NCBI GenBank assembly: GCA_013265495.1
Contig: MU057597.1
Coordinates: forward strand, 272,563 to 336,562
Direction: 5' to 3'
Source of the DNA: Vicugna vicugna
Lineage: Eukaryota
Length of the DNA stretch: 64,000 nucleotides
Shown: piece by piece, positions 52,280 to 64,000 of the stretch
Layout of the letters: each line of letters opens with the position of its first letter
Position numbering within the stretch: position 1 is the stretch's first letter
Position numbers and translations under genes: made by a program
The notes under the pieces: generated by a model
The model's database searches: none
The model's input: the letters and a program-made list of their open reading frames with translations, nothing else
Told to the model about the DNA's origin: nothing

Positions 52280-53709
52280 ATGTCTCTCATATACATGTGA
52301 TCAAGAAATTACAGCCAACGACAAATAGTGATAGCGGAGAAGTATTCCAAGCAGTGATGTTGGAAAGACAAGAAAGCCCTGAAGTGAAACATTTTTACGT
52401 CAGGGAAATCCAGGAAAATACATATGACTTTGGGTGTCAGTGGAGAGATGATGAAAGAAATTATAAAGGAATGCCTGTAACCCAGAAGGAAGATGCCCCT
52501 GACAGAAGTGACCAGCAAGGTAGGTGGAATGCAGGAAACAAGCCTATTGAAAATAGGCTTGCATTCAGCTTTCTGGACGAACTGCATATATTTGAGAAAG
52601 ATATTTACCAATGTAATGAGTGTGGCAAAACCTTTAATCAGGACTTGTCCCTGAGTAGACACCAGATAATCCATACAGGAGAGAAGTTATATAAATATGG
52701 TGTATGTGGAAATGCTTTTAGTCAAAAGTCAAACCTTGCAAGTCACTGGACGGTTCATACTCATGACAATACTTACAAATGTAACGAGTGTGGCAAAACC
52801 TTTCATCATGGCTCATCCCTCAGTAGACATCAGGTCATCCACACAGGAGAGAAATTGTATAAATGTGATGTATGTGGCAAAGTCTGTAGTCAGAATTCCT
52901 CCCTCAAACGTCATCAGAGAATTCATACAGGAGAAAGGCCTTATCAGTGTAATCAGTGTGGCAAAACCTTTAATCGTGGCTCTCACCTCTCTGAACATCG
53001 GATAATCCATACAGGAGTGAAATTATGTAAATGTGATGTATGTGGCAAAGTCTTTAGTCAAAATTCATGTCTTAGAATTCATCAGAGAATTCATAATGGG
53101 GAGAAACCTTACAAATGTAATGAGTGCGGCAAGGTCTTTCGTCAAAATTCACATCTTGCAAGACATCAGAGAACTCATACTGGGGAGAAACCGTACAAGT
53201 GTAATGAGTGTGGCAAGTTCTTTAGTCAGAATTCAAATCTTGTAAGTCATCAGAGAATTCATACTGGAGAGAAACCTTACAAATGTAATGAGTGTGGCAA
53301 GTTCTTCAATCAGAATTCAAATCTTGTAAGTCATCAGAGAATTCATACTGGAGAGAAACCTTATAAATGTAACGAGTGTGGCAAGTTCTTTAATCAGAGG
53401 GCAGATCTTACAAAGCATCAGAGAGTCCATACTGAAGAGAATTCTTTCAAATGTAACGAGTGTGGTAAGATCTTCTGTCGAACTTCAAATCTTGTAAGTC
53501 ATCAGAGAATTCATACTGGAGAGAAACCTTTCAAATGTAATGAGTGTGGCAGATTCTTTAGTCAAAGGGCAAACCTTGGAAGGCATCAGAGAGTTCATAC
53601 TAGAGAGAAACCTTACAAGCATAGTGAGTGTGGCAAGGACTTCAATCAAAATTCACTTTTTCCAGTTTCATCAGAGAGTATATATTGTAGAGAAGCCATT
53701 CAAGCATAA
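52280..53709 (+). CDS. Gene B final exon: spacer plus 11 canonical C2H2 fingers, one degenerate finger and a frameshifted 13th unit
   Basis: Acceptor tgtatcttttag before 52280, phase 1; spliced CDS 15+127+1430 = 1572 nt (523 aa). Confidence 0.93.
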
Positions 53710-54270
<561 letters not shown>

Positions 54271-54459
54271 CTGGTGGGGTGGGTATAGCTTAGTGGTAGA
54301 GTGCATGTTTAGCATGCAGAAGGTCCTGGGTTCAGTCCCCAGTACCTCCATTTAAAAAAATTAGATAAATTAAAAAAAAAATACAGTGTGTCTGGAGAGT
54401 ACCTCACCAATGCCGTAAGTTTGAAACAATAATCTTAATTCTCAGGTAGGACAGTTGTT

Positions 54460-54635
54460 GTTTGTGAGTGACAGGTTGCCTGAAAGAAGTGGTAGGTTTA
54501 TCATCCTCACCCGACAGGAAGTCCAGAGGGTGCGGTGTGGGGTGTGGTGGGTCCTCTGCCCCACTTAGTCCTCACATTCCTTGTAGCAACATGCCTGCTG
54601 TGTGGCCAAGAAAAGTGAAGGTTGAGGGGGCAAAA
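54460..54635. repeat. Diverged ~200-bp direct repeat (partner ~57230-57430), probably an old LTR33/ERVL-like fragment
   Basis: Shared gtgagtgacag...ggtttatca.tc.tcacc.gacaggaagt.cagagggtgc.gtgtgg...aagtgaagg. Confidence 0.6.
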
Positions 54636-55133
54636 CCCTTTACATTTTAAGAATTTTGGAGTGGGGGATATAGCTTAAATGGTAGAGCACATGCTTAGCA
54701 TACATGAGGTCCTGGGTTTAGTCCCCAGTACCTCCTCCAAATGTAAATAAATAAATAAACCTAATTATCCCCCTCATAAAAACAAACAAACAAAGGAATT
54801 TTGTCATGTTTTCATGGAAACAATCATACCAGATATTTTGTCTCTTATGGGTCATGCTCTTCTGACATGTCTAAGAATTCTGCACCAAGTTTTGAATTTT
54901 GATTTTATTCTACAGCAATTTTTAAAAACTGAATCTCATACTTTAAAATTTTATAATGTTTTTAAAAAGCTTTGATTAACTTTGAGCTAATGCTTGTACA
55001 GATGTGATGTTTAGGGGAAGTGGAGATCTTCCCCCCTCCCCACTATGAATATTTCACTGATTAGCACCAGGTTTTGAAAATCTTTCCTTCCTTGAATTAC
55101 CTTGGTACCTTCATCAAAGATCAGTTAGAAGTG

Positions 55134-55310
55134 CAGTTGATCCTTGAATGGTGCAGGGAGTTCAGAGTATCTGCTCCTGAGCAGCTGTAAATCCACATAT
55201 AACTTTAAGTTGGCCCTCCATATGCACAGTTCTGCATTGGTGGTTTCGACCAACCTCAGATCATGCAGTACTGTCGTGGTATTAATCAGAAAAAGTGCAC
55301 ATATAAGTGC
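55134..55310 (+). mobile_element. Tigger2a-like DNA transposon fragment
   Basis: Starts cagttgatccttgaa, contains aaatccacatataacttt and caacctcagatcatgcagtactgt. Confidence 0.65.
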
Positions 55311-55989
55311 ATAGCTCCTGTGTGGGCTATTTCTGGTTTCCTCATTCTGTTCCCTTGGTCTGTGTGTGTCTCACTCGGCAGATCCCACACGGTCTTGGTT
55401 ACTGTTACTGTATTATAGATCTTCAGGTCATGTGGAGTGATTCCAACCACTTGAGTATTTTTCAAATATTTTAGCTCTTCTAGTTCTTTTTTTTTTACAT
55501 TTTGTAAATTGACCTTTTAGTTCTTTTACCTTTCCCTGTTAATTTTAGAATAATCTTGGTTGTGTCTACAAGTCTTCATTGGAGATACATGAAACATCTA
55601 TGCCGATTTGGGGAATTTTAATATAATTTTTATGTTATGTTTTCCAATCAATGACTATGGTATGTTTTTCTAACAGTTCACTAGATGTGGTATGTTCATG
55701 TAAAATGACCTAAATAAAAGGTCATCTTTGATTTCTTTCCTTACCATTCATTGTAGGTTTCAGCATAAAAGTCCTTGTTTTGCTAGATGTACACATTTTT
55801 CTTCTACTTTGATGTTTTTGAGCATTCACACGTAGCATTATCTATTTAATTTCAATTTCCATTTGTAAACTGCATGTGCATAAAATGACAATAGATTTTT
55901 GCACGTTGTATCCTGGCACCTTGCAAATTGTGCTTTTTCCAGAATTCATATAGATTCTTTTGATTTTCTACACACACCCTTTCGTTAAA

Positions 55990-56192
55990 TTTCCTATTAA
56001 TTTCTCTAACAAATTACCACAAACGGAGAGCCTTGAAGCAGCACAAATTTATTCTCTTCTGGTTCTTGAGGCCAGATGTGTAAAATAGCCCAAAGAACTG
56101 TGCTCCATCTGGATGCTCCAGGTCAGAATTCATTTTCTTGCCTTTCCTGGGTTCCAGAGGCCACTTACATCCTTGCCTCATGGTCCCCTGGT
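55990..56192 (-). mobile_element. MaLR LTR (MLT1-like) fragment
   Basis: taacaaattaccacaaa...cacaaatttattctct...ttttcttgcctttcc...cattccttg-like MLT1 text. Confidence 0.7.
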
Positions 56193-59100
56193 GTATTTCC
56201 ATGACACACTCATTCAGTTAATTAATAAAATTCTTCACTGTCTTCTGATCATGTGGACGTTTCCTAAAGACATTGTTTAAATTAGGACACTGTCACTCTG
56301 TCATTGTAGATAGACACCTTCATCATACTTAACACCGTCATATCTTGCTTCGCTATTGCTGATGTTCCCTTATAGAATATAAACCACTTGAAGGCAAGGT
56401 ACTGATTTTGTTTCCTGCCAGATATTCAGTGATTGATTGGAACTATCCCCAACTGACAGATGAGTGAATGCACTTTCTCAGTGTAGGAAGGTTGCTGTTC
56501 TGCATAGGCTCATAGATCAGTAAGTCAAATGGACAAATAAACATGTCATTATATTTGTTCAACCAAATTCCTTACTCTGTTAAATTACAGCCTAATGCTC
56601 TGAACATAAATTCTCACAGTATAATTTTTCACACATTATGAATTTTCTGCAACATGTGCTTAACAGATCTAACTCTTTATTGAAGGCATGTCTTCATGAA
56701 GTTTTTTTAAGCCACACTTAATTCATTTATTATTTGTTTTTTAATTGAAGTATACTTGATTTACAATGTTGTATTAGTTTCAAGTGCACAGCAAAGTGAA
56801 TCAGCGTTATGTATACATGTATGTGTATGCATATATATAGATATATATTCTTTTTCAGATTCTTTTCCATTATATGTTAACTCAAGATGTTGGATATATT
56901 TCCCTATGTTTTACAGTAGGTCCTTGTTGGTTATCTATTTTATATAGAGAAGTAAGCTGTAATATTTTATTTTTTTCTCATTACTTTTTTTTTCTCTTTT
57001 AAAAAAATTTTTTTGGAGGGGGTGGTAATTAGGTTTATTTATTTATTTATTTTTAATGGAGGTACTGGGGCTTGAACCCAGGACCTCATGCATGCTTAGC
57101 ATGCACTATATCATGTGAGCTATACCCTCCTGCCTAAGCCACAATATTTTAAACTCAAGACTCTCCAAAATGCTCCATTCTACACCCATCACAAGAGTAA
57201 TCCTATTTTTCATATAGGATAGTTTTTATTGGTGAGTGACAGACTGCATGGAAAACAGGAACTGCAAGAAATAGGAGGTTTATCAGTCTCACCTGACAGG
57301 AAGTGCAGAGGGTGCCGTGTGGTTTGTGAGGGGTCCGCGGCCCCTTCTACCTCCATCAGCACTTAATCTTCACTTTCCTTATAGCCACATGGCTCCTGTA
57401 GGACTAAGAAGAGTGAAGGGTTGTGGGGAGCGTGGGGGCAAAATGCTTTTCATCATCAGATTTTGTCTTCTTTACCTGGAAACAATAATCCCAGTTATTA
57501 TTTCCAAATACTAGCCATTTGAATTAAATGCCCACCATAATTTTAAGACGTGTGAATTTTTGTATTTCGTATTTACATCATGAACAAAGAAAGGTAAAGG
57601 GGAAAGGTGTTAGGGACAGATTATATCAACAGACTTTGTTCTTTATCCTGAGAATATAGTACTCCATGTATCACATAGCCACTCTGCCCAGTGTTGCAAA
57701 TGTCCAGCAAAAATTATTAGAATCCTTAGTGCTTTCTGTCTTACAGGTTTATTTCCTTTCTACTCTATCTGAATCCAAACACACTAAAATAACTCTCCAG
57801 TGGTAATACAGTTATTCTGATTCCAGAATCAAGGTAAGGAATGAAAGAATTCATTTTGAGATTTTTTTTATGCATGCCACCGTACTTGAAAGTGAGAGAT
57901 ATACAAAAGACCTGTAGTCGGGAAATACTGTAATACCACCTCCAAACGTACTTTAGTGTTAGACACTAACTTAAAGTAATATAACTGTTACATAACTCTG
58001 GGATGTTGAAAACTGGGGAACCTACATTAAATATTTTTCATCAAGTGCTGGAGTCTCAAATAGGATTTCCTTGCTACTCTACCTAAAATAGATAAGCAAT
58101 GGTAACCTACTGTGTATCACAGGGTCCTATATTCAATGTCTTATAATAGCCTACAATGGCAAATAATCTGGAAAAAACTATGTAACTGAAGCACTTTGCA
58201 GTACATCTGAAACTAGCACAATATTGTAAATCAACTATCCTTCAATTAGAAAAAACCCAACATTTCCTTCAAAATACAGAATATATTCAATTGAAGGTAA
58301 ACACTTAAAATGTTATCTGAAAGTTGTTCTGAAAGACATGAAATACTTCTTTATTATATTATTTTCCAATTTCTTTTTCTTTTTTATTCATTGTTCACAG
58401 TGAAATATTGAGTCTTAAAAATCAAATGAACCAGTTCTGCCAAATACAGTGAGAGTGGAAATAATACTTTTCTCATAAGAATGACCAAATCCATATTTCT
58501 TGCAAATCACAATATTACACCAAGCAACTCCTCTTTTACAGTTAGACTCAAATGGTTTGAAAGCACTTATCCACATAAACATCCTGTGGAAGATTGTTGA
58601 AAGAAGCGTTTTTGATAATGGCCATAATATAGAATGAACCCAAAGCTCCATTAAATGATGAATGAACAAACAAACTGAAATGTTACTCAGAAATAAAACG
58701 TTATTAGGCACTGATAAAAGTTCCAACAAGGATGATCCTTGAAATCATGATGCTGAGTGCAAGAAGCTAGAAGGCCACGTGCTTTGTGATTTAATTTATA
58801 TGAAATGCTCAGAGCAGCCATGTCCATAGAAATAGAAAATAGCTTAATGATTGCTTGTGGCTGGGGCTAGAAAGTAGAATAATCACTGGGGACGGTGGAG
58901 CTCAGTGATGGAGCTCAGTGATGGAACACATGCTTAGTATGCACAAGGTCCTGCGTTCAATCCCAAGTACCTCCATTAAAAATAAATAAACCTGATTACC
59001 ACTCCCCCCCCCCAAATAAGTCAAATTTATCCTTAAAAATGTGGAGTAACTGCTAATGAGTACAGGATTTTTTAAGGGTTAATGATGTATGATGAAAATG

Positions 59101-59694
59101 TTGTTGGTAGACAATATTGCAAACATACAAAATCCCACTGTATCCTATACTTGAAAACTGTGTATTTTACTATGTCCGAATTATGCAATAAAAGAAACAT
59201 AAGCTATTATCTCCATGTTGAATTCAGAAAATCGTTCTGATCTGCTAACCACGGCGTACAAAGTGTTGGAGACCTGAGTTCCAGATTCTATTGTATGAAT
59301 GGAAGGAAGACAGGTTAGGGAGGCACTGGAGAGATACATTTTATGGTAAAATTAACATATCATGTTTCCAGAGTCACTGTGATGCACCTGCAGGTTGGCA
59401 ACAAGTCTCTTGCCTTGCCATTATGAGCCTTTAGTTCATTATCTTGTATTATTCCAAGTCTCTCACTGAAGCTGAACTATGAGGAGTTTCTGTCTTCACG
59501 GTGATGGAACTCATACGTTGCATCTATTATTCCTCTGGGTACATTTTCATGTCACACAAATCTGAAAACAACTGCTTGATTTATGCTTCCACAAGTCATT
59601 TCAGTGAAATAAAAAAGGAAGAAATAGCAAATAAACTACATAAATTGGGCAAAACTGTCTCAAAACAATAATAAAATGTATAATTCACAAAATA

Positions 59695-60300
59695 AGTTTT
59701 CTTAGAAAACTAAGAATAAAACTATCATATGATCCAGCAGTTCCACTCCTAGGTTTATATCTGAAAATTATGAAAGGACTAATTTAAAAGGCTACATGTA
59801 TCCCCATGTTCATAACAGCACCAACCTGAGTGCCCATCAACAGACAGATAGATAAAGATGTGATATGCCTATTAACAATGGAATACTACACAGCCATAAA
59901 GAAGAATGCAATTCTGCCGTTTGCAGCACCATGGATGGACCTAGAGCATATTATGCTCACTGAACTATGGCAAAGACAAATACTACATGATCTCACTTAC
60001 ATATGGAGTCTGGAAAATAGGTTAGTGTATTATTGAAACAGAAGCAGACTCACAGAGAAAATAAACTAGGTTACCAATGGGGAGAAGAGGAGAGATAGGA
60101 GTATAGGGTTAAGAGATCCAAACTACTATGTAGAAAATTCATAAGCAGTATCTTAATATATTGTACAACACAGAGAATCATAGCCATTATTTTGTAATCA
60201 CTTTTAATGAAGTATATAATCTATACAAATACTGAATCACTATGTTGTACACGTGACGCTAATGCAATATTGTAAATCAACTATAGTTTAATAAATGAAT
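59695..60300 (+). mobile_element. LINE-1 3' end
   Basis: tatgatccagcagttccactcctagg ... atattgtaaatcaactatag. Confidence 0.85.
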
Positions 60301-61495
60301 GTATATGTTATACCTATATATAATAAAATATAGGGTGCACAAGATAGAATTTTACTGCATTTGAGTAATCTGGATATAATGCTTATTACCATTACTTCAA
60401 AAAGATTTTGTTGTTTTTTTATTTTTATTTTCCAATTCTTATTTTTTATTGAAGTGTAGTCGATTTACAATGTTAGTTTCAGGTGTACAGCAGAGTGATT
60501 TAGTTATACATTGACATACATATATATTTTTTCAGTTTCTTTTTCATTATGGCTCATTACAAGGAATTGAATATAGTTCCTCCAAAATATTTTTTAATAT
60601 TTTATTGTGTTATTTGTTAATTTTTCTATTTTGGGGGGAAGAGGTAATTAGGTTTATTTATTTTTAGAGGAGATACTGGGGATCGAACCCATGACCTTGT
60701 GTGTGCAAAGTATGGGCTCTACCACTTGAGCTATACCCTCCCCCCTCCCAAAAAGATACTTAATAGTCTTTCAGAATGGCTCTTCTGGAAATTTTTGATT
60801 CATGTTTATAATCTGATAAACACCTCCACATATTAATTTTTATGAAACAAGTGGAGAGAATATCTTAGGCAATTCATCTAAAGAATATTTGACAAGTATT
60901 TCCAACAGTCACATCATGCAGTGGGAACTGGGTGCATGAGGAACGGGAATACAATGAGTGTATTATTAGCATGAGGAAAATCGTGGTCTCTCCTAAGCAA
61001 GAGGTCAGGAGTTTCAAGAGTAAACATTCAGTTTTATATGGAAGAGTCTGACTGCATTCATGAGGTCTGATCACAGACACTTTTAAGACTCACTACGAAC
61101 TTCCTCCTCTGCCCATGTGCACAGGGCAAGCTGATAAGAAAGCGTGAGCACTCCTTCCCTTGGCTCCTTCCTTTAGTTGTGGGTTTGCACCACAAGCATG
61201 TGCCACCACCATTCTCCGCTCTGTCCAGCCATTTTTGGACCAACTTGGGAAGTCTACCCTGCTCGCCCCAGGAAGCCTCATAATGTTACATTCTCCTAAC
61301 ATGTCAGTATGTGCAGTCATTAGACCTGACATCCAAACTAAACTTTGAGTGGGTTCCGTCCTTTTCTAACGGAAAAAGCAAACGGGCAAACTAATGAAAA
61401 ATGTCTTGGAGAGTGAATAGGTGAAATTTCTAGTTCCTCTATCAAACAATCCCACTGTGTTTGTTCATTCCTAGAGGAAATACATGAACATTGAT

Positions 61496-61651
61496 TTTTT
61501 TTAATGTTTCCCCTCCTTAAACATTTTTTATTTATTTGAAAGAGGAGGTAATTAGGCATTTATTTATTTCTAGAGGAGATACTGGGGATTGAACCCAGGA
61601 CCTTGTGCATGCTAGGCGTGCACTCTACCAGTTGAGCTATACCCTCCCTTC
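61496..61651 (-). mobile_element. vic-1-like SINE with target-site duplication
   Basis: Flanked by tgaacattgat at 61485-61495 and 61652-61662. Confidence 0.9.
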
Positions 61652-63299
61652 TGAACATTGATCTTTTCTAATTATTTCTCTGAGCACTGCAAGCAAAAAG
61701 GTAAGTTTGTGTCATATTAATTCTTATTTCTGAAATTTTATTTCCTCATATTTTTCAGATATTACTATATTCCTGTACCAGTAATTTACACTGTATTTCA
61801 TGTAAATATGCAAACCATGTGTCTAATATCAGCCCTAAAAAGGCACATAGAAATATAATAGTGTGGTGTATACTCAGGCGTGGAGAGGCAGGTGTTTGGG
61901 AGCTTGAGTCTGAAGTTTTGCTGCCAAGGTATTTTTGTTACAGCCACAGAAATAATGAGGGATACACTGTGGAGTTCACAGCTCAAATGCAAATTATGAA
62001 TATAGATTCCAGGATAGTAAGTTGTTTTAAATCTAACGTGGAAAGAAACTGTTATAGATGCCAGTCAACCTGGAGAGCCTAACCATGTGTAATTAGTGAT
62101 CATTATCAAGCGCAGAGTAAGGTGGAATATGCTTGGGTCAATAGAAAGCTAGTGACTCCTTCAGGATTTTACAGAAAAGACTACCTTTCATTAACTTACA
62201 GATGAGAAGTGTGGTACATTCTAAATAAAATGCTATCAAAATGCAGCTTCAGTGGCCACGTTTGAATTCTTCCCAAGCACCCTGCTTTTCTCTGCATTAG
62301 ACTGTCCTCTATAACACTAGGTCTTGAGTGTCCAAAAATAAGACAAATTTTCATGAATCACTGATATGCAACAGCTGTTCCCTTTTAAAAGGGAGGGAAA
62401 CCATCTTTCCCCTCCAGTTTTTCTACCACACAGCTAACCCTTCGTGTACTCATACGAAAACCTCCTTCTCTCAGTGTCGGTTCTGCTCTGTTTCATGATC
62501 ATCTGATAGAGAAATTTTTTTCCTATAAGCATCAGGAATGGTCCTCAGATTGTTAAGACTGAGGAAAGAGGGTGGGAAGGGATACATTTGGGAGTTTGAG
62601 ATTTGCAAATATTAACCACTATACATAAAAATAAGTTTCTTCTGCATAGCACAGGAAGCTATATTAAATATCTTATAATAACCTTTAAATGGAAAAGTAT
62701 ATGAAAATGAATATATATATGCATATGTCTGACTGGGACATTGTGCTGTACACCAGAAATTGACATATTGTAACCTACTGTACTTCAGACAAACAAACAA
62801 AAAAAATCAGTGGCCTTCAGTCATAACAAATCTAGAGGAGGTGCCTTGACCACAGAAAGCAGGATATTTTGGATAATAGTTTTATGTCTGTACTGTTACT
62901 CCTCATGCTCTCGAATTTAGACCATATTGCATCTTAAAACGGGTGTCCTGGTTTTTCCCAGTCACATGGATCTGAATAAACCCCACCTCATGAAGTAGGT
63001 CCTTTCCTCTTACCCACCCCTTCCCTGGGAGCGTCAAGGCGATAAATGAAAAGCAGGTAATGCAAGAATAACATCAACAAATTTCAGCATTCAGGTTGGA
63101 GGTCACTAATAAGAATGTGTCCGTTTCAAGAAACCTCAACTAATTCAATAAAAACATTGTACAATCTGCAGATAATGAGATCTTTCCACAGATGTCCTTG
63201 CTCATTGACAGGTATCGATCTCATGAGTTTTAAAGAATTTCAACACTTAATTCTGTTTGGAATTTAACATCAGAGTTTGGTTAATCTTCAAAAGTATGA

Positions 63300-63705
63300 G
63301 TTTCTTAGTGTAAGTCCACTGAGAGCATTGCTTGAACATTTGTCACCTTCATTACATTTGTCATGTTTCTGTCTAGCGTGAGTTGGTTGTGGTGTATCCT
63401 GAGGTTAATGCTTAAAGTCCTTGACACATTTGTACATTTCCATCTTATGTGAATTCTTTCATGACCACAAAGGTGCAGATTTTTGATACAGTTGATCATA
63501 CTCATTAAATTTGTTAAGTTTCTCTCTATAAAGAATTCTGTTGTTCCACAAGGCTTCAGACTTCGATATGCTTTGCCATATACTTTTTGTGGTTTCTCTC
63601 AAAAATATATATATTCTGATATCAAGTGAGGTGTGAGTTCTAGTTACAGGCTTTGCCACATAGATTAGTTTTATACGGTATCTCTCCACAATGGAATCGC
63701 TTGTT
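63300..63705 (-). other. Decayed C2H2 finger repeats, probably the 3' UTR of a fourth paralog (gene D) lying right of the window
   Basis: Minus strand reads HERIHIR, aaatgtacaaatgtgtcaaggacttt, gtggcaaagcct, gagaaacca; 61480-63300 is paralogous to the gene A 3' flank 5997-7800. Confidence 0.7.
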
Positions 63706-64000
63706 ATTTTTAATTGAAATGTAAGTGATACATAATATTACGTTTCCAGTGTAGCATTGCTGGTGTAATATTTACATACATTATGAAATGATCGGCACAA
63801 TAAGTCTAGTAGCCATCTGTCCCCAAACAAAATTTTTTATGCTGCATGTTACATGCCATGACCTATTTATTGTCCAACTGGACATGTGACCCTCTTGTTC
63901 CTCTACACCTATCTCACCCCACTACCCCTTTCTGAAAATCACAAGTTTTACTGTGAGTCTGTTTTCACCATATTTTTCATTTTTTAAAAAGATTCTGTAT
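63706..64000 (-). mobile_element. LINE-1 3' end
   Basis: tttttaattgaaat ... cacaataagtctagtagccatctgtcccc reverse L1 3' UTR text. Confidence 0.7.

Noticed and set aside
58897..58925. 13-bp tandem duplication ggagctcagtgat in a SINE head
   Set aside because: Ordinary slippage within a repeat; no sign of function

Overview
Mammalian genomic DNA, probably camelid judging by about 30 copies of a tRNA-derived vic-1-type SINE (inference). The window lies inside a tandem KRAB-C2H2 zinc-finger gene cluster resembling the ZNF160/ZNF347/ZNF415/ZNF665/ZNF677 group. It holds two complete genes arranged head-to-head. Gene A (minus strand) has exons ~29858-29920, 24094-24184, 20857-20983 and 8241-10738, giving 898 or 879 aa with 24 finger units, 21 canonical. 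Gene B (plus strand) has exons ~38850-38898, 40956-41029, 43635-43761 and 52280-53709, giving 523 aa with 11 canonical fingers. The 5' end of a third paralog (gene C, minus) is at the left edge, and the decayed-finger 3' end of a probable fourth (gene D, minus) is at the right edge. The remainder is L1, SINE, LTR and DNA-transposon debris, plus an RPL12 processed pseudogene. The most notable observation is that both complete genes carry a broken KRAB-B exon, disabled by different lesions. In gene A, including that exon would give a KRAB-only protein whose stop is in the last exon, while skipping it gives the full-length protein. Other points: an apparent gene-conversion tract between A and C, an inverted duplication and an orphan promoter-like module between A and B, and three states of an upstream ATG. 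I see no evidence of a wholly new class of system. Exon models come from splice signals and paralogy only, repeat boundaries are approximate, and two N gaps sit at GC-rich promoters.
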